From an uncultured Erysipelotrichaceae bacterium (GTDB taxonomy: Bacteria; Bacillota_I; Bacilli_A; Erysipelotrichales; Erysipelotrichaceae): a DNA stretch of 64,000 nt. The stretch is taken from the NCBI GenBank assembly GCA_900315065.1, contig OMXQ01000006.1:7100-71099 (forward strand), given 5' to 3'. Shown piece by piece: positions 17,883 to 26,697 of this stretch. The position numbers were made by a program, and so were the translations under genes. The notes beneath the pieces were generated by a model. It was not told the origin of the DNA, searched no databases, and saw nothing but the letters and a program-made list of their open reading frames with translations. Each line of letters begins with the position of its first letter. The first letter of the stretch is position 1.

Positions 17883-18087
17883 GTGTAGGATATCGAGCCG
17901 CATTTAATAGATTTCAAGATAGAAAATAGGGCGCCGCGCCATTGTTCCAGTTCGTATTGCCGGCCGTATTGTTCCAATTGCGAGCACGCGGCCCGCCATT
18001 TGCACCATTGTTGCAATTAGCAAAGCGAAGACAGACCGCCGACAGGCGGACAAGAACCCACTACGGCACGGCCCGATACCCCTACAC
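17883..18087 (-). ncRNA. Putative DGR template RNA core (TR enclosed by complementary flanks)
   Basis: GTGTAGGGGTATCGGGCCGT (18087-18068) pairs with GCGGCTCGATATCCTACAC (17901-17883) on the - strand. Confidence 0.6.
17929..18041 (-). repeat. DGR template repeat (TR), 113 bp
   Basis: Aligns without gaps to 18192-18304; 25 coding-strand adenines in 11 AAY, 2 ACG and 1 GCA codons. Confidence 0.97.
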
Positions 18088-18124
18088 AAATATTCAATTT
18101 TTAAAAATCCAACATTCCAGTGAC

Positions 18125-18172
18125 AAGGGGGAGAGCCCCCTTTGAACCCCCCGATGCGTCACGCTGTGACGC
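18125..18172. other. Two hairpins downstream of VR (candidate DGR homing cruciform elements)
   Basis: GCGTCAC-3nt-GTGACGC (18156-18172, overlaps target stop) and AAGGGGG-4nt-CCCCCTT (18125-18142). Confidence 0.7.
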
Positions 18173-19463
18173 CTACAGGTGGAAGAAGAACGGGCGCCGC
18201 GCCAAAGATCCAGGCCGCATTGCCGGCCGCAACGCTCCAATCGCGAGCACGCGGCCCGCCAGAAGCACCAAAGGCGCAATTAGCAAAGCGAAGACAGACC
18301 GCCGTGATGGTATTCTGATTTTCCGACGTATACGTACCGTCGCACGATGCCAGGGAAGTGCTTCCACGTCCGCCGTTAATTACCGGCACGCTTCCGTATC
18401 CTGGTATTGTTTTGAAAATGTGCGCATATTTCCACCCACTTGTCGGCGTTACTCCATCCGGAAAAACATCGATACCCGTATCAACATACGAAGCGCCGGT
18501 CGGATCATAGTTGTAATTCAGTCCTACCTTTACACGGCCGTTTACAATCACTTCGTACGGATCGCGCATATACTGATTCTGCGTGATCGGCACAATACTG
18601 TGGAAAACCTTATTCAGGGACTTATTGTCATTTGTTCCATAAAACATTCCCCCATTTACTACGGCATTAACCAGCATACCGTGCGTAGCCGTATCCGAAC
18701 TGTCGTACCCGTTCATATTACCATGACCGTATGCGCCCTGTAAGCCTGAAGTTTTTGCAAACATCATCAGAAGATCGATCAGTGTTTCCATAAGCCCGCC
18801 GCCAAGAAAATGTGCACGGCTTGAGAAGTTCTTAATATAAGTGTTCTGCGTTGCTGTGTTATGCGACATATCAGTCAGCAACCCGGAGATTGATTTCAGC
18901 TTGGAATCAACCAAGGCGCCGTAAAACATCGGAAGCCATACGCCTTCCAGCTCGTTGCCGTCCGGATCGATAAATCCGACTGCTGTAAATCCGGGCCTTT
19001 TTTCGAACGAAAACATAACATACCGGTCATTTCCCTGCATTACCTCGCGCTTATAAATTTTCGTGATCCAGGAAAAAGCGCCGCCGTCATATTCTGTATT
19101 CGCTACGTCGGAATTTCCACCGGCTGCCTTCTTTGAATAGTCGTTTTCATTCAGCTGATAATCTGGCACGCCATTACTGTGAACCATCCACGGCTTGCAG
19201 GCCGTGATCAGTGGGAAAGCCGCCCAGCTGTTAAGCTCGCACGTACCGGTCGAAAGATCCACGCTCAGCGGTGTATATGCGGCATTTACGCCGATATACT
19301 CAATGCGCTGCGCCGGTGCCAGAGTTTCGCAGTGCTCAATGAATCCATAAATGCCGTTAATTTCCGGAATGCCCAATCCGCTGCGAATGCCGCGCAGCTG
19401 TTCGATGAGTTCGTCCATCTGGTCATGATCCGGAAGCGGTAATTCTTTAATCAATTCTGCCAT
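18159..19463 (-). CDS. DGR target protein; putative receptor-binding/tail protein with C-terminal variable (CLec-like) region
   Basis: VR lies in its last ~50 codons; located after BppU in the tail module; CLec fold inferred from known DGR targets. Confidence 0.88.
   Translation of the reverse strand: MAELIKELPLPDHDQMDELIEQLRGIRSGLGIPEINGIYGFIEHCETLAPAQRIEYIGVNAAYTPLSVDLSTGTCELNSWAAFPLITACKPWMVHSNGVPDYQLNENDYSKKAAGGNSDVANTEYDGGAFSWITKIYKREVMQGNDRYVMFSFEKRPGFTAVGFIDPDGNELEGVWLPMFYGALVDSKLKSISGLLTDMSHNTATQNTYIKNFSSRAHFLGGGLMETLIDLLMMFAKTSGLQGAYGHGNMNGYDSSDTATHGMLVNAVVNGGMFYGTNDNKSLNKVFHSIVPITQNQYMRDPYEVIVNGRVKVGLNYNYDPTGASYVDTGIDVFPDGVTPTSGWKYAHIFKTIPGYGSVPVINGGRGSTSLASCDGTYTSENQNTITAVCLRFANCAFGASGGPRARDWSVAAGNAAWIFGAAPVLLPPVGVTA
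18192..18304 (-). repeat. DGR variable repeat (VR), 113 bp
   Basis: 18 mismatches to TR, all at TR adenines; 0 mismatches at 88 non-A positions. Confidence 0.97.
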
Positions 19464-19469
19464 ATGCTT

Positions 19470-20129
19470 TTATTCTCCTTCCTTATATCGCATGTACATG
19501 ATTCCGTCTGCCGCCTTTACATAAAAGCTGTAAGAAGCGGCGCCGGCATAGCCGGCCGCGTCGTCCCTGAACTGTTCAGCTTCATCGCGATATTCTTTAG
19601 CCTGATTTTTGTAGGCCAGAGCATCACTTGCGCTGCCAGCTGCCGCCGATGCACTGGACGAGGCTGCAGCTGCTTTTTCGGTTGCTGTCTGTGCTGCCGC
19701 AAGTGCCTGCGCAATATTTGCCACTGCTTCCATTACAGCCTGCATATCAGAATCAGAAATTACTGCATCATTTAGCGGCCCCGGTTCTACCATCATGATG
19801 AAATTCGCGGAACCGATGATTTCGGATCCGTTTTGCAGCATGACTTCCATAATAACAGGGCCTGGGCATGCGCTCATCTGTTCCTGCATGCCAATCGTTA
19901 CAGCTGCGGATTCTGTATCCACGGTCCCTTCATACGAGAAGCCTTTGCCGTCCGCCTTTTTGCCGTTCACCAGAGCCACGGTTCCGGACGGAATAGTAAA
20001 TTCCGATCCGCGGGCATGCAGCAGAAATTTCAGCTTTCGCCAGGTCTTATCAGTCTGCGAAACGTGGATCACCGGCACTACTGCGCCGGGTATGATATCC
20101 AGCTTCAATTCTATTGTCTGTGTTGCCAT
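19470..20129 (-). CDS. BppU-family upper baseplate protein
   Basis: VIHVSQTDK...GKKADGKG...EIIGSANFIMMVEPGP N-terminal domain plus Ala/Ser-rich coiled linker; start at MATQTI with AAGGGG SD. Confidence 0.8.
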   Translation of the reverse strand: MATQTIELKLDIIPGAVVPVIHVSQTDKTWRKLKFLLHARGSEFTIPSGTVALVNGKKADGKGFSYEGTVDTESAAVTIGMQEQMSACPGPVIMEVMLQNGSEIIGSANFIMMVEPGPLNDAVISDSDMQAVMEAVANIAQALAAAQTATEKAAAASSSASAAAGSASDALAYKNQAKEYRDEAEQFRDDAAGYAGAASYSFYVKAADGIMYMRYKEGE

Positions 20130-20146
20130 GATTTCCCCTTTCTGTT

Positions 20147-22897
20147 TTATTTGCCAAGTACGGCATGGCCGTTCCCGTCGTTGACGAAACCGAGCCCGTC
20201 GTAACCACTGCCGTTTATGTGAATACATAGCCCTTTGGCTGAATCGATTCCAATTGATGTATTTCCAAGCCTTAATTGTACCAAGCTATCCGATATCGTT
20301 AACTTTGCGTTACCCCTGGTTATGGTTATTTCGCCGGTGGCTGTTATGCTTATCGTTCCTTGAGAGATCATTGAAATTCCGCCGGCGGCTTGGAACATCA
20401 GCTTCGCCGTTTCTGTTAGGGCGACATAGCAGGATCCTCCGGTATCGTTGGCGATATATAACCCGGGGTTCGTGCTCGCTTGGTTATTATTTCTGTTATC
20501 GATGTGGCGTGAAGAATTGCCAAACTGAATATTTAAACGATGATCGTTCGCTGTACCGATTCGTGCCGGCAGATCTTGGCTGTAAAAATTGTAGGATCCG
20601 TTAACAAGCAAGGCAGTATTATAAGCGTCAGCGTCATTCTTTGCGTGTATAAATAACCCGTAAATCGTTTTGGTTTGCTGATCAACATAATCGTAAATAC
20701 TAAAATGCCCGCCGTTTGCGCGGACCGGAACCGTGGACAGATTGAAATCAAAAGTGAATCCTGACAATATTCCGGCGAGTATGTATTCCGCATTTATATA
20801 AAGCTGTCCGTTCTGCATAGTGATACCCTGCACGGTGCCGTTATCTGTCAGTCTATTAAACACTTCTTCACTGTCGAGGGAATTATCCAGCGCGGTAACG
20901 GCTGAATCATCGGTATATTTGTTCAGCTTTTGCCAATCAGCTGCAGCATACTGTGCGCCGGCGGCTTTTGCGGTCGTACACGTCAGGATGTCACCGCTTG
21001 ATCCCGTACACCAAAGATCACCTGTATCGTATGGCGGCACCGGCCTTGTTATGAATACGCGGCGTTTACCGTCTGCGGTGTCTTGAGCGTCGGAAGCGGC
21101 CGCCATTGCTGCGCTGATATCTTCGTCTGATATCCGGGTCCATACGTATGATCCGTTATCGAGCATGAACCGGTAAGCGTATCCCGTATCTTTGTCGTAA
21201 TAAAGATCACCTATATGGTTGTCTTTATCCGTCGTTGTCGCCCACTGTGATGCCGGAAGATTCGCCAGTGTTGGCGCTCCTGTGTAATACCAGGTCGTTA
21301 TATTCCCGTCGATCTGGTTCTGCAGGTCCGCAATATCCGGATTGTATGTAGCTGTAACGAAATCAGACAATGCCGCAGATGATGCTGCGGCCGCGATCTG
21401 TGCAGCCGTCTGGTTTCCGATCAATGTACCGGGTGCCAGCCGGAATTCGCCAGTGTCAAGGTTCCAGTAATTGTTTTCCTGCGCGTCCTGAATGATTCCG
21501 CCGATGATCTGTGCCGCATAAATGCGTAGCGTGTTCATCAGTTCCGTGGTAAATGATCCGTCCTGCATCCAGGCTGATACATACGGACCGTTTATACCGT
21601 TATGAGAATATGCGATGCCGTTCAGATTTTCCCGGCGGATATTGACCGCCGTTTCGATACTGTCGGTATCCAGCCAGTATTCTTCCTGAATGCGGCCGAG
21701 CGCGTCACGGACTATATATTTATGACCGCCGGATATACCTGTCATCATATCGGTGTTTTTCTTTATTGCCGTTTCCATAAACCCGAGCGCGCGTTCTGTT
21801 TCCTTCGTGATCTGTTCCTGCGTCTGCGCTATGGTCTTTGCCAATGTGCTGCGCACATTTCCCAGGTGAATGGAAATATACCGCTCTTTCAGAATGTCGT
21901 ACGTGTATTCCGTCACACGCGCCGACGCTTCAATATTCAGCGGTTCAAAGTTCACATGTACCGTGTCGAAAAGGTTCACCCGTTCCAGCGGCGCGATGTT
22001 TTTGTACTGTTCCGTCTGCCATAAAGCGACGAAAGAAACATCGATCGAAACTGTCGGCTTGTCCAGGTTGCTAGCTTCAATATATGCACGGCATCGTTCG
22101 TCGATCGCCGCCGGCGTGATCGTTGCGTCCTGGTCGAAATATTCCGAAAGATCCAGATTCAAAACACGCGGCTGATCGCTTGGCATGATCGTCTGCAGAT
22201 TGCCGAGAATCGTTGTAGTGCTCTCGCTGTTCTGCTGAATGACATACGGCATTACAGCTGTGTACATGTTTTCGATGCTTTCTTCCTGCTTTATGTCTGT
22301 CAGATTTTTGCCATACGAAATACGCACACCGTTATCCTGGCCACGGTGCACATGGTGCCGCACGGTCAGGTTATCCCACTCGTATTCCCCGCCGAATAAA
22401 TCCAAGATAGATCCGGATACGCCACCCAGGCAAGCCCGGAAGCTCTGCGGTATCTGCAGGTTAAACTGTGCCGTGTTATTCGTGCTGCCGCTTATCAGGT
22501 CGAACGGGTACAGCTCGGCATTTACCAGGTGCGACTTAATGCCGGCGCATGCCGCCTGTGCTCCGATCGCAGTAAACGGAAGCACCGATGTTTTGGCTAG
22601 GTCATACGTAATATGCTGGCACTGGATCTCTATTTTGCCATTCATCGGCTTGGAGATCTTTTTTATGCGGAATAACTGCAGGCTTGCTGTGTCGTTTGGC
22701 TTTGCCTTAATGATTCCGCCATAATGTAAATCATTGAAATGCCGACCACTCACCGGATACACAAGCGTAACCGTGTATGCGCCGTTTGCCACTTCATTGC
22801 ATTCTGCTTTTAAGCAGTCAAGCCGGCCGAGCCCGTTTGTCTGGTCCTGTGACAGCTCCGCCAGTGATTTACTATCGTCCATCAGTATTGGTTTCAT
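20147..22897 (-). CDS. Tail-associated lysin/tail spike (Tal, phage minor structural protein)
   Basis: NGLGRL, QLFRI, AQHITYDL-like, FGGEYEWDN, YGKNLTD, VNLFDTVHV motifs; follows Dit. Confidence 0.85.
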   Translation of the reverse strand: MKPILMDDSKSLAELSQDQTNGLGRLDCLKAECNEVANGAYTVTLVYPVSGRHFNDLHYGGIIKAKPNDTASLQLFRIKKISKPMNGKIEIQCQHITYDLAKTSVLPFTAIGAQAACAGIKSHLVNAELYPFDLISGSTNNTAQFNLQIPQSFRACLGGVSGSILDLFGGEYEWDNLTVRHHVHRGQDNGVRISYGKNLTDIKQEESIENMYTAVMPYVIQQNSESTTTILGNLQTIMPSDQPRVLNLDLSEYFDQDATITPAAIDERCRAYIEASNLDKPTVSIDVSFVALWQTEQYKNIAPLERVNLFDTVHVNFEPLNIEASARVTEYTYDILKERYISIHLGNVRSTLAKTIAQTQEQITKETERALGFMETAIKKNTDMMTGISGGHKYIVRDALGRIQEEYWLDTDSIETAVNIRRENLNGIAYSHNGINGPYVSAWMQDGSFTTELMNTLRIYAAQIIGGIIQDAQENNYWNLDTGEFRLAPGTLIGNQTAAQIAAAASSAALSDFVTATYNPDIADLQNQIDGNITTWYYTGAPTLANLPASQWATTTDKDNHIGDLYYDKDTGYAYRFMLDNGSYVWTRISDEDISAAMAAASDAQDTADGKRRVFITRPVPPYDTGDLWCTGSSGDILTCTTAKAAGAQYAAADWQKLNKYTDDSAVTALDNSLDSEEVFNRLTDNGTVQGITMQNGQLYINAEYILAGILSGFTFDFNLSTVPVRANGGHFSIYDYVDQQTKTIYGLFIHAKNDADAYNTALLVNGSYNFYSQDLPARIGTANDHRLNIQFGNSSRHIDNRNNNQASTNPGLYIANDTGGSCYVALTETAKLMFQAAGGISMISQGTISITATGEITITRGNAKLTISDSLVQLRLGNTSIGIDSAKGLCIHINGSGYDGLGFVNDGNGHAVLGK

Positions 22898-23610
22898 ATT
22901 GTCCACCACCTCGGTTTAATCTGTAAATTAACCGTATTTCCTGCAAAAATGTAGTTCTCGCCAGGTACCAGCTCCGGAAACTTGTATCCGGAAAAAGATA
23001 CCGCGCTGTTTTTGTTTGTCGTTCCATCGAAGCATTCCTGTATCTCGCTGTCGATTGTTATAGACCCGCTGTTTTCTGCGACCTGTGCCGTTACATCATT
23101 CACCTGGAAGGTTCCTGTTCCGGTTACGATTATTTCCGGCTTTGCGGTATATTCACACGGGTTCCAGATCTTCATTGCTTCCCCGGCGTTTACCCTGAAA
23201 GCAATTTCACCGGATTTAAGGAAACGCTGCGGCATACAGTCGAATTCAAGCGTGAACGATCCGGAAGACACGGCATGCACTTTCGGATCAAACGGGCCGG
23301 CGTACGCCGCCATCCTGAATTCATCCGGATGATATGTGTCTTCCAGTCTCTGATAACCGGCAGTCGATAGCAGAAAAGCGCGAAGCGCTGCAATACTGTG
23401 GTCAAAGTCTTCCGTGATATATGCTTCGTATGGAATTGTTATGTTTTTGAATTTTCCGTTATCGATTAAAAGGTCCCCGGATCGTCCGGGAACCTCTTGC
23501 TTTTCGATATCTCTTTGCGGCGCGGCGAATGTTCCGTTTCCGGATATCTTCGTATTGAATTCGAGCGAAGACCGGCCGTTATATGTGAAGTAGTGAAATG
23601 GTATACTCAT
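22894..23610 (-). CDS. Distal tail protein (Dit)
   Basis: FTYNGRSS, VPGRSGDL, GYQRLEDTYHPDEFRMA, FDCMPQRF, IKPRWWTI. Confidence 0.85.
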   Translation of the reverse strand: MSIPFHYFTYNGRSSLEFNTKISGNGTFAAPQRDIEKQEVPGRSGDLLIDNGKFKNITIPYEAYITEDFDHSIAALRAFLLSTAGYQRLEDTYHPDEFRMAAYAGPFDPKVHAVSSGSFTLEFDCMPQRFLKSGEIAFRVNAGEAMKIWNPCEYTAKPEIIVTGTGTFQVNDVTAQVAENSGSITIDSEIQECFDGTTNKNSAVSFSGYKFPELVPGENYIFAGNTVNLQIKPRWWTI

Positions 23611-26081
23611 GCGAATACCTCTCTTTCTTCGCGGATTCGTTCGTTCACTTTATCCGCCGCCAGTTCTGCGATTTCCTCAGCGTCCTGCCCTGGCTGCGTA
23701 TAAATGTATACGTTCGTATCGCCGTATGTGTTCGTGATTGTCGGTGCGATCGCCATTCCGGATATAACGCTGTGGAAACCTTCAAGGACTGCGGACTTAA
23801 TCATACGCGCCAGCGAAGAAACGCCGACAACGGCTTCCGGTCCAGCTTCCCCGCCGCCCAGCAGCGTATTTCCTGCGGCTCCGAATATGGTTGCGTTTTT
23901 CAGGATCGTGCCGCCTTCCATAGCTTTGCGGTACCAGCTGATTGAAAAATGCGGAACGCTTGGCGGTACCAGGGAAAAACTTCCGGATATTGAAACGTGC
24001 GGAAGTTTCAAATGTGGAAGGCTCCACGAAAAATTGAAAAAGCCTTTGATCCTGTCAATGGCTCCCTTCACAAAATCGCGCGCAGATCCGAGCTTTGAAC
24101 TGATCGTATTGTAAATGCCGCCGAAGATATTACCGACGGTCGTTTTTACCGCATTCAGTCCGTTGGCCCATAGCGATTTCACCCCGTTGATCGTGTTCGA
24201 TGTGAAGGTTTTTATGTTGTTCCCGGAAGTAGTGAAAAAGTTTACCACGCCGGTGATTGTGTTCTTTGTAAATGTGCCGATGTTTTCGACGCCGGTATGC
24301 AGCCAATCAAGTACAGCGTGCACGGCGTCACGGAACCATTCGCATTTGCTGTACAAAAGGACAAACGCTCCGATCACGGCCGCGGTAACTGCTATAACAG
24401 GATGCGCCATTATCAGCCCAAACAAACCGGAAAGCGCGCCTTTTGCCGCTCCGACGAATGTACCACCAACCGTCTGAATGGTTGTTATCATTCCCGGGAT
24501 TGCTTTTGCTGCCGTCATGATCGTGCCAATACTGGACACGACTTTGCCGCCGAATATAAGCAGCGGGCCAGCCGCCGCCAGGAATGCCCCGACGGTCACA
24601 ATCAGCTTTTTGGTACCGTCGTCCATACTGTTGAATTTATCGACAATGCCCTGCACCCATGTGATGCCGTCCTGCACGTACGGGATGAGCTGCTGGCCAA
24701 GTGATATGGCAAGCTCTGAAAGGCTTGATTTCAATATAGTCAGCTGGCCTTCCGTCGTGTTCATCAGTGTGTCGCTCATCTGCTGCGCTGCTCCGTCTGA
24801 TTCTGCGATATATCCGGCCAGTTCGTCCCATTCCGTGCCGCATTCGTCAATTAAGAACGATGCGCCTTTCAATGCTGCGGTATCAAATATCTGGCCCATT
24901 ACGCTGTTGTAATCTTCCTGCGACAATGTGCCAAGCTGTCCGTTCAAGTCCTGCAGGACTTCCTGCAGGGGTCTTGCCGATCCGTCGGCGTTGTATGCAG
25001 ATACTCCCAAACTTTCCAGCGCTTTGGCTCCGGTGCTTGTCGGCTGGTACAGATTTTTCAAAACACGCTGCAGCATGGTGCCGCCTTCGGATGCCGCAAT
25101 ATTGTGGTTTCCAAGAATTCCCAGTGCCACACTTACCGTATCCAGACTCTGTCCTGTGATTTTCGCCTGGCCGGCAACTGTAGACATGCCAGCACCGAAC
25201 GATTGCACGTCGCCCTTGGCTTTGCTGGCCAATGTTGCGAGCTTGTCGGCCACTTCTGTGCTTTGTTCAGTCTCAAGCCCGAAACCGGCCATTGATCCGG
25301 TGGCAATGTCCGCCGCTTCTGCGATGGAAATATTACCGGCTGCCGCAAGGTTTAAAACATTCGGCAGCGCGTCATAGATCTGCTGTGTATCCATTCCAGC
25401 CATGGCCAGAATGTTGATGGCGTCCGCCGCTTCCGTAGCGCTGAATTTTGTTTCAGATCCCATCTTTCTGGCCAGCGATCCGAGCGCGTCCATTGTATTG
25501 ACTGTCTGACCGTTCAGCTTGGATTCTGCATCGGCTGTCAGTCCCATTGTTGCCTGTACCTGCGCCATGCCGCTTTCAAAGTCCACCGACGCTTTAAGCG
25601 ATGCGGTGCCGGCTGCCATGATCGGCGCCGTCAAATACTTTGTGGCCATGCCGCCGACGTCCTGCATTTTTTGGCCTACGCCCTGCAATTTTTCGCCGGC
25701 TTCGGCCACGGCATTGCACCAGGTGTTCAGCGGTCCGGTGTCTTTGAACTGTCTCTGCAGGTTATTTAATTCTGTTTCAGCTTCCGCAAGCGCCTGTTTC
25801 ATTTTCAGCGTTTCCGTGGCGCTGGATCCTGCTTTGCTTTCATAGTCCTGCAGGCCCGCCCGCAACATATCGACACGCTTCTGCTGATTCTCTACGGCTT
25901 TGCCTAACAGCTCGTGCTGTTCTTTGTTTTTCTTTATGCTTGTTGCGTTTGTGTCATAGGCGGAAGATACTTTCTGCATTTCGGCGTTTAACAATTTCTG
26001 CTGCTGAATGATATTATTCAGTGCCGACCGGTATTCTTTCTCGCCGTCAAGCCCGATTTTCGGGCCAATGTTTACCGCCAT
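23607..26081 (-). CDS. Tail tape measure protein (TP901 family)
   Basis: ETKFSATEAADAINILAMAG core motif, coiled N-terminus, aromatic-spaced repeats; 824 aa. Confidence 0.92.
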   Translation of the reverse strand: MAVNIGPKIGLDGEKEYRSALNNIIQQQKLLNAEMQKVSSAYDTNATSIKKNKEQHELLGKAVENQQKRVDMLRAGLQDYESKAGSSATETLKMKQALAEAETELNNLQRQFKDTGPLNTWCNAVAEAGEKLQGVGQKMQDVGGMATKYLTAPIMAAGTASLKASVDFESGMAQVQATMGLTADAESKLNGQTVNTMDALGSLARKMGSETKFSATEAADAINILAMAGMDTQQIYDALPNVLNLAAAGNISIAEAADIATGSMAGFGLETEQSTEVADKLATLASKAKGDVQSFGAGMSTVAGQAKITGQSLDTVSVALGILGNHNIAASEGGTMLQRVLKNLYQPTSTGAKALESLGVSAYNADGSARPLQEVLQDLNGQLGTLSQEDYNSVMGQIFDTAALKGASFLIDECGTEWDELAGYIAESDGAAQQMSDTLMNTTEGQLTILKSSLSELAISLGQQLIPYVQDGITWVQGIVDKFNSMDDGTKKLIVTVGAFLAAAGPLLIFGGKVVSSIGTIMTAAKAIPGMITTIQTVGGTFVGAAKGALSGLFGLIMAHPVIAVTAAVIGAFVLLYSKCEWFRDAVHAVLDWLHTGVENIGTFTKNTITGVVNFFTTSGNNIKTFTSNTINGVKSLWANGLNAVKTTVGNIFGGIYNTISSKLGSARDFVKGAIDRIKGFFNFSWSLPHLKLPHVSISGSFSLVPPSVPHFSISWYRKAMEGGTILKNATIFGAAGNTLLGGGEAGPEAVVGVSSLARMIKSAVLEGFHSVISGMAIAPTITNTYGDTNVYIYTQPGQDAEEIAELAADKVNERIREEREVFA

Positions 26082-26105
26082 GTTTCCACCTCGTTTCTTA
26101 CGTTT

Positions 26106-26326
26106 TCATTTCAGGGCGATGGCTTCCTCATAGGTCCAGATTTTCTTTGGCGCCTTGTATTCCATACGCCCTTCATCAATTAAAAGGCAGGCGATCATAT
26201 CCCGCATTTCACCGATGCGGGTAACTAAGATCTCCTGCCTTTGCATGTTCAGCTTCCGCCCATAAAACAAAAACCAGGCAAGGTTTAACTTAATCGGCGG
26301 TTTCTTTTTTCGTTTTATTTTTTTTT
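26106..26326 (-). CDS. Tail assembly chaperone -1-frame extension (gpT-like), no own start
   Basis: -1 frame from A9 run reads IKRKKKPPIKLNLAWFLFYGRKLNM...EEAIALK* to TGA at 26108-26106. Confidence 0.7.
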
Positions 26327-26671
26327 ACCGGTCTGCTCAGGCTCTTTCGTTTCCACGGTTACGGCTGCATCTGCAGTCATTACCTTGGCAAATTCCGCTT
26401 CCAGCCTGGTAAGGTCCGGCACAAGGAAAAACTTAAAATCCGCTTCCGTCAGGTATTCCGGGTGGTAGTGCGGATCGAAATACGCCTTGCGGTCTTCAGC
26501 GGCCCGGTTCAGGATAAGCGCGATTTTTATATCGTTCTTCATTCCTTCCTGCCCTGTGCCGGCAAATAAAGAATCCAGGTTCTTTACGTCGCCGTCTTTG
26601 CAAAGTTTGCCGATTTCATCCGCGGCTTCCACTGTATAAGCGAATTCTCTTTCTTTTCCGTTGATAATCAT
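26315..26671 (-). CDS. Tail assembly chaperone (gpG-like)
   Basis: Between major tail protein and TMP; ends GGT AAA AAA AAA TAA slippery run. Confidence 0.8.
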   Translation of the reverse strand: MIINGKEREFAYTVEAADEIGKLCKDGDVKNLDSLFAGTGQEGMKNDIKIALILNRAAEDRKAYFDPHYHPEYLTEADFKFFLVPDLTRLEAEFAKVMTADAAVTVETKEPEQTGKKK

Positions 26672-26697
26672 AATTTCCTCCTGTGGCTTATTGCCTT

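Noticed and set aside
17904-18367. Short ORFs across TR and VR (17904-18089, 17942-18145, 18094-18279, 18173-18367)
   Set aside because: Incidental frames in GC-rich repeat sequence; no SD, and their similarity is due to the TR/VR repeat.
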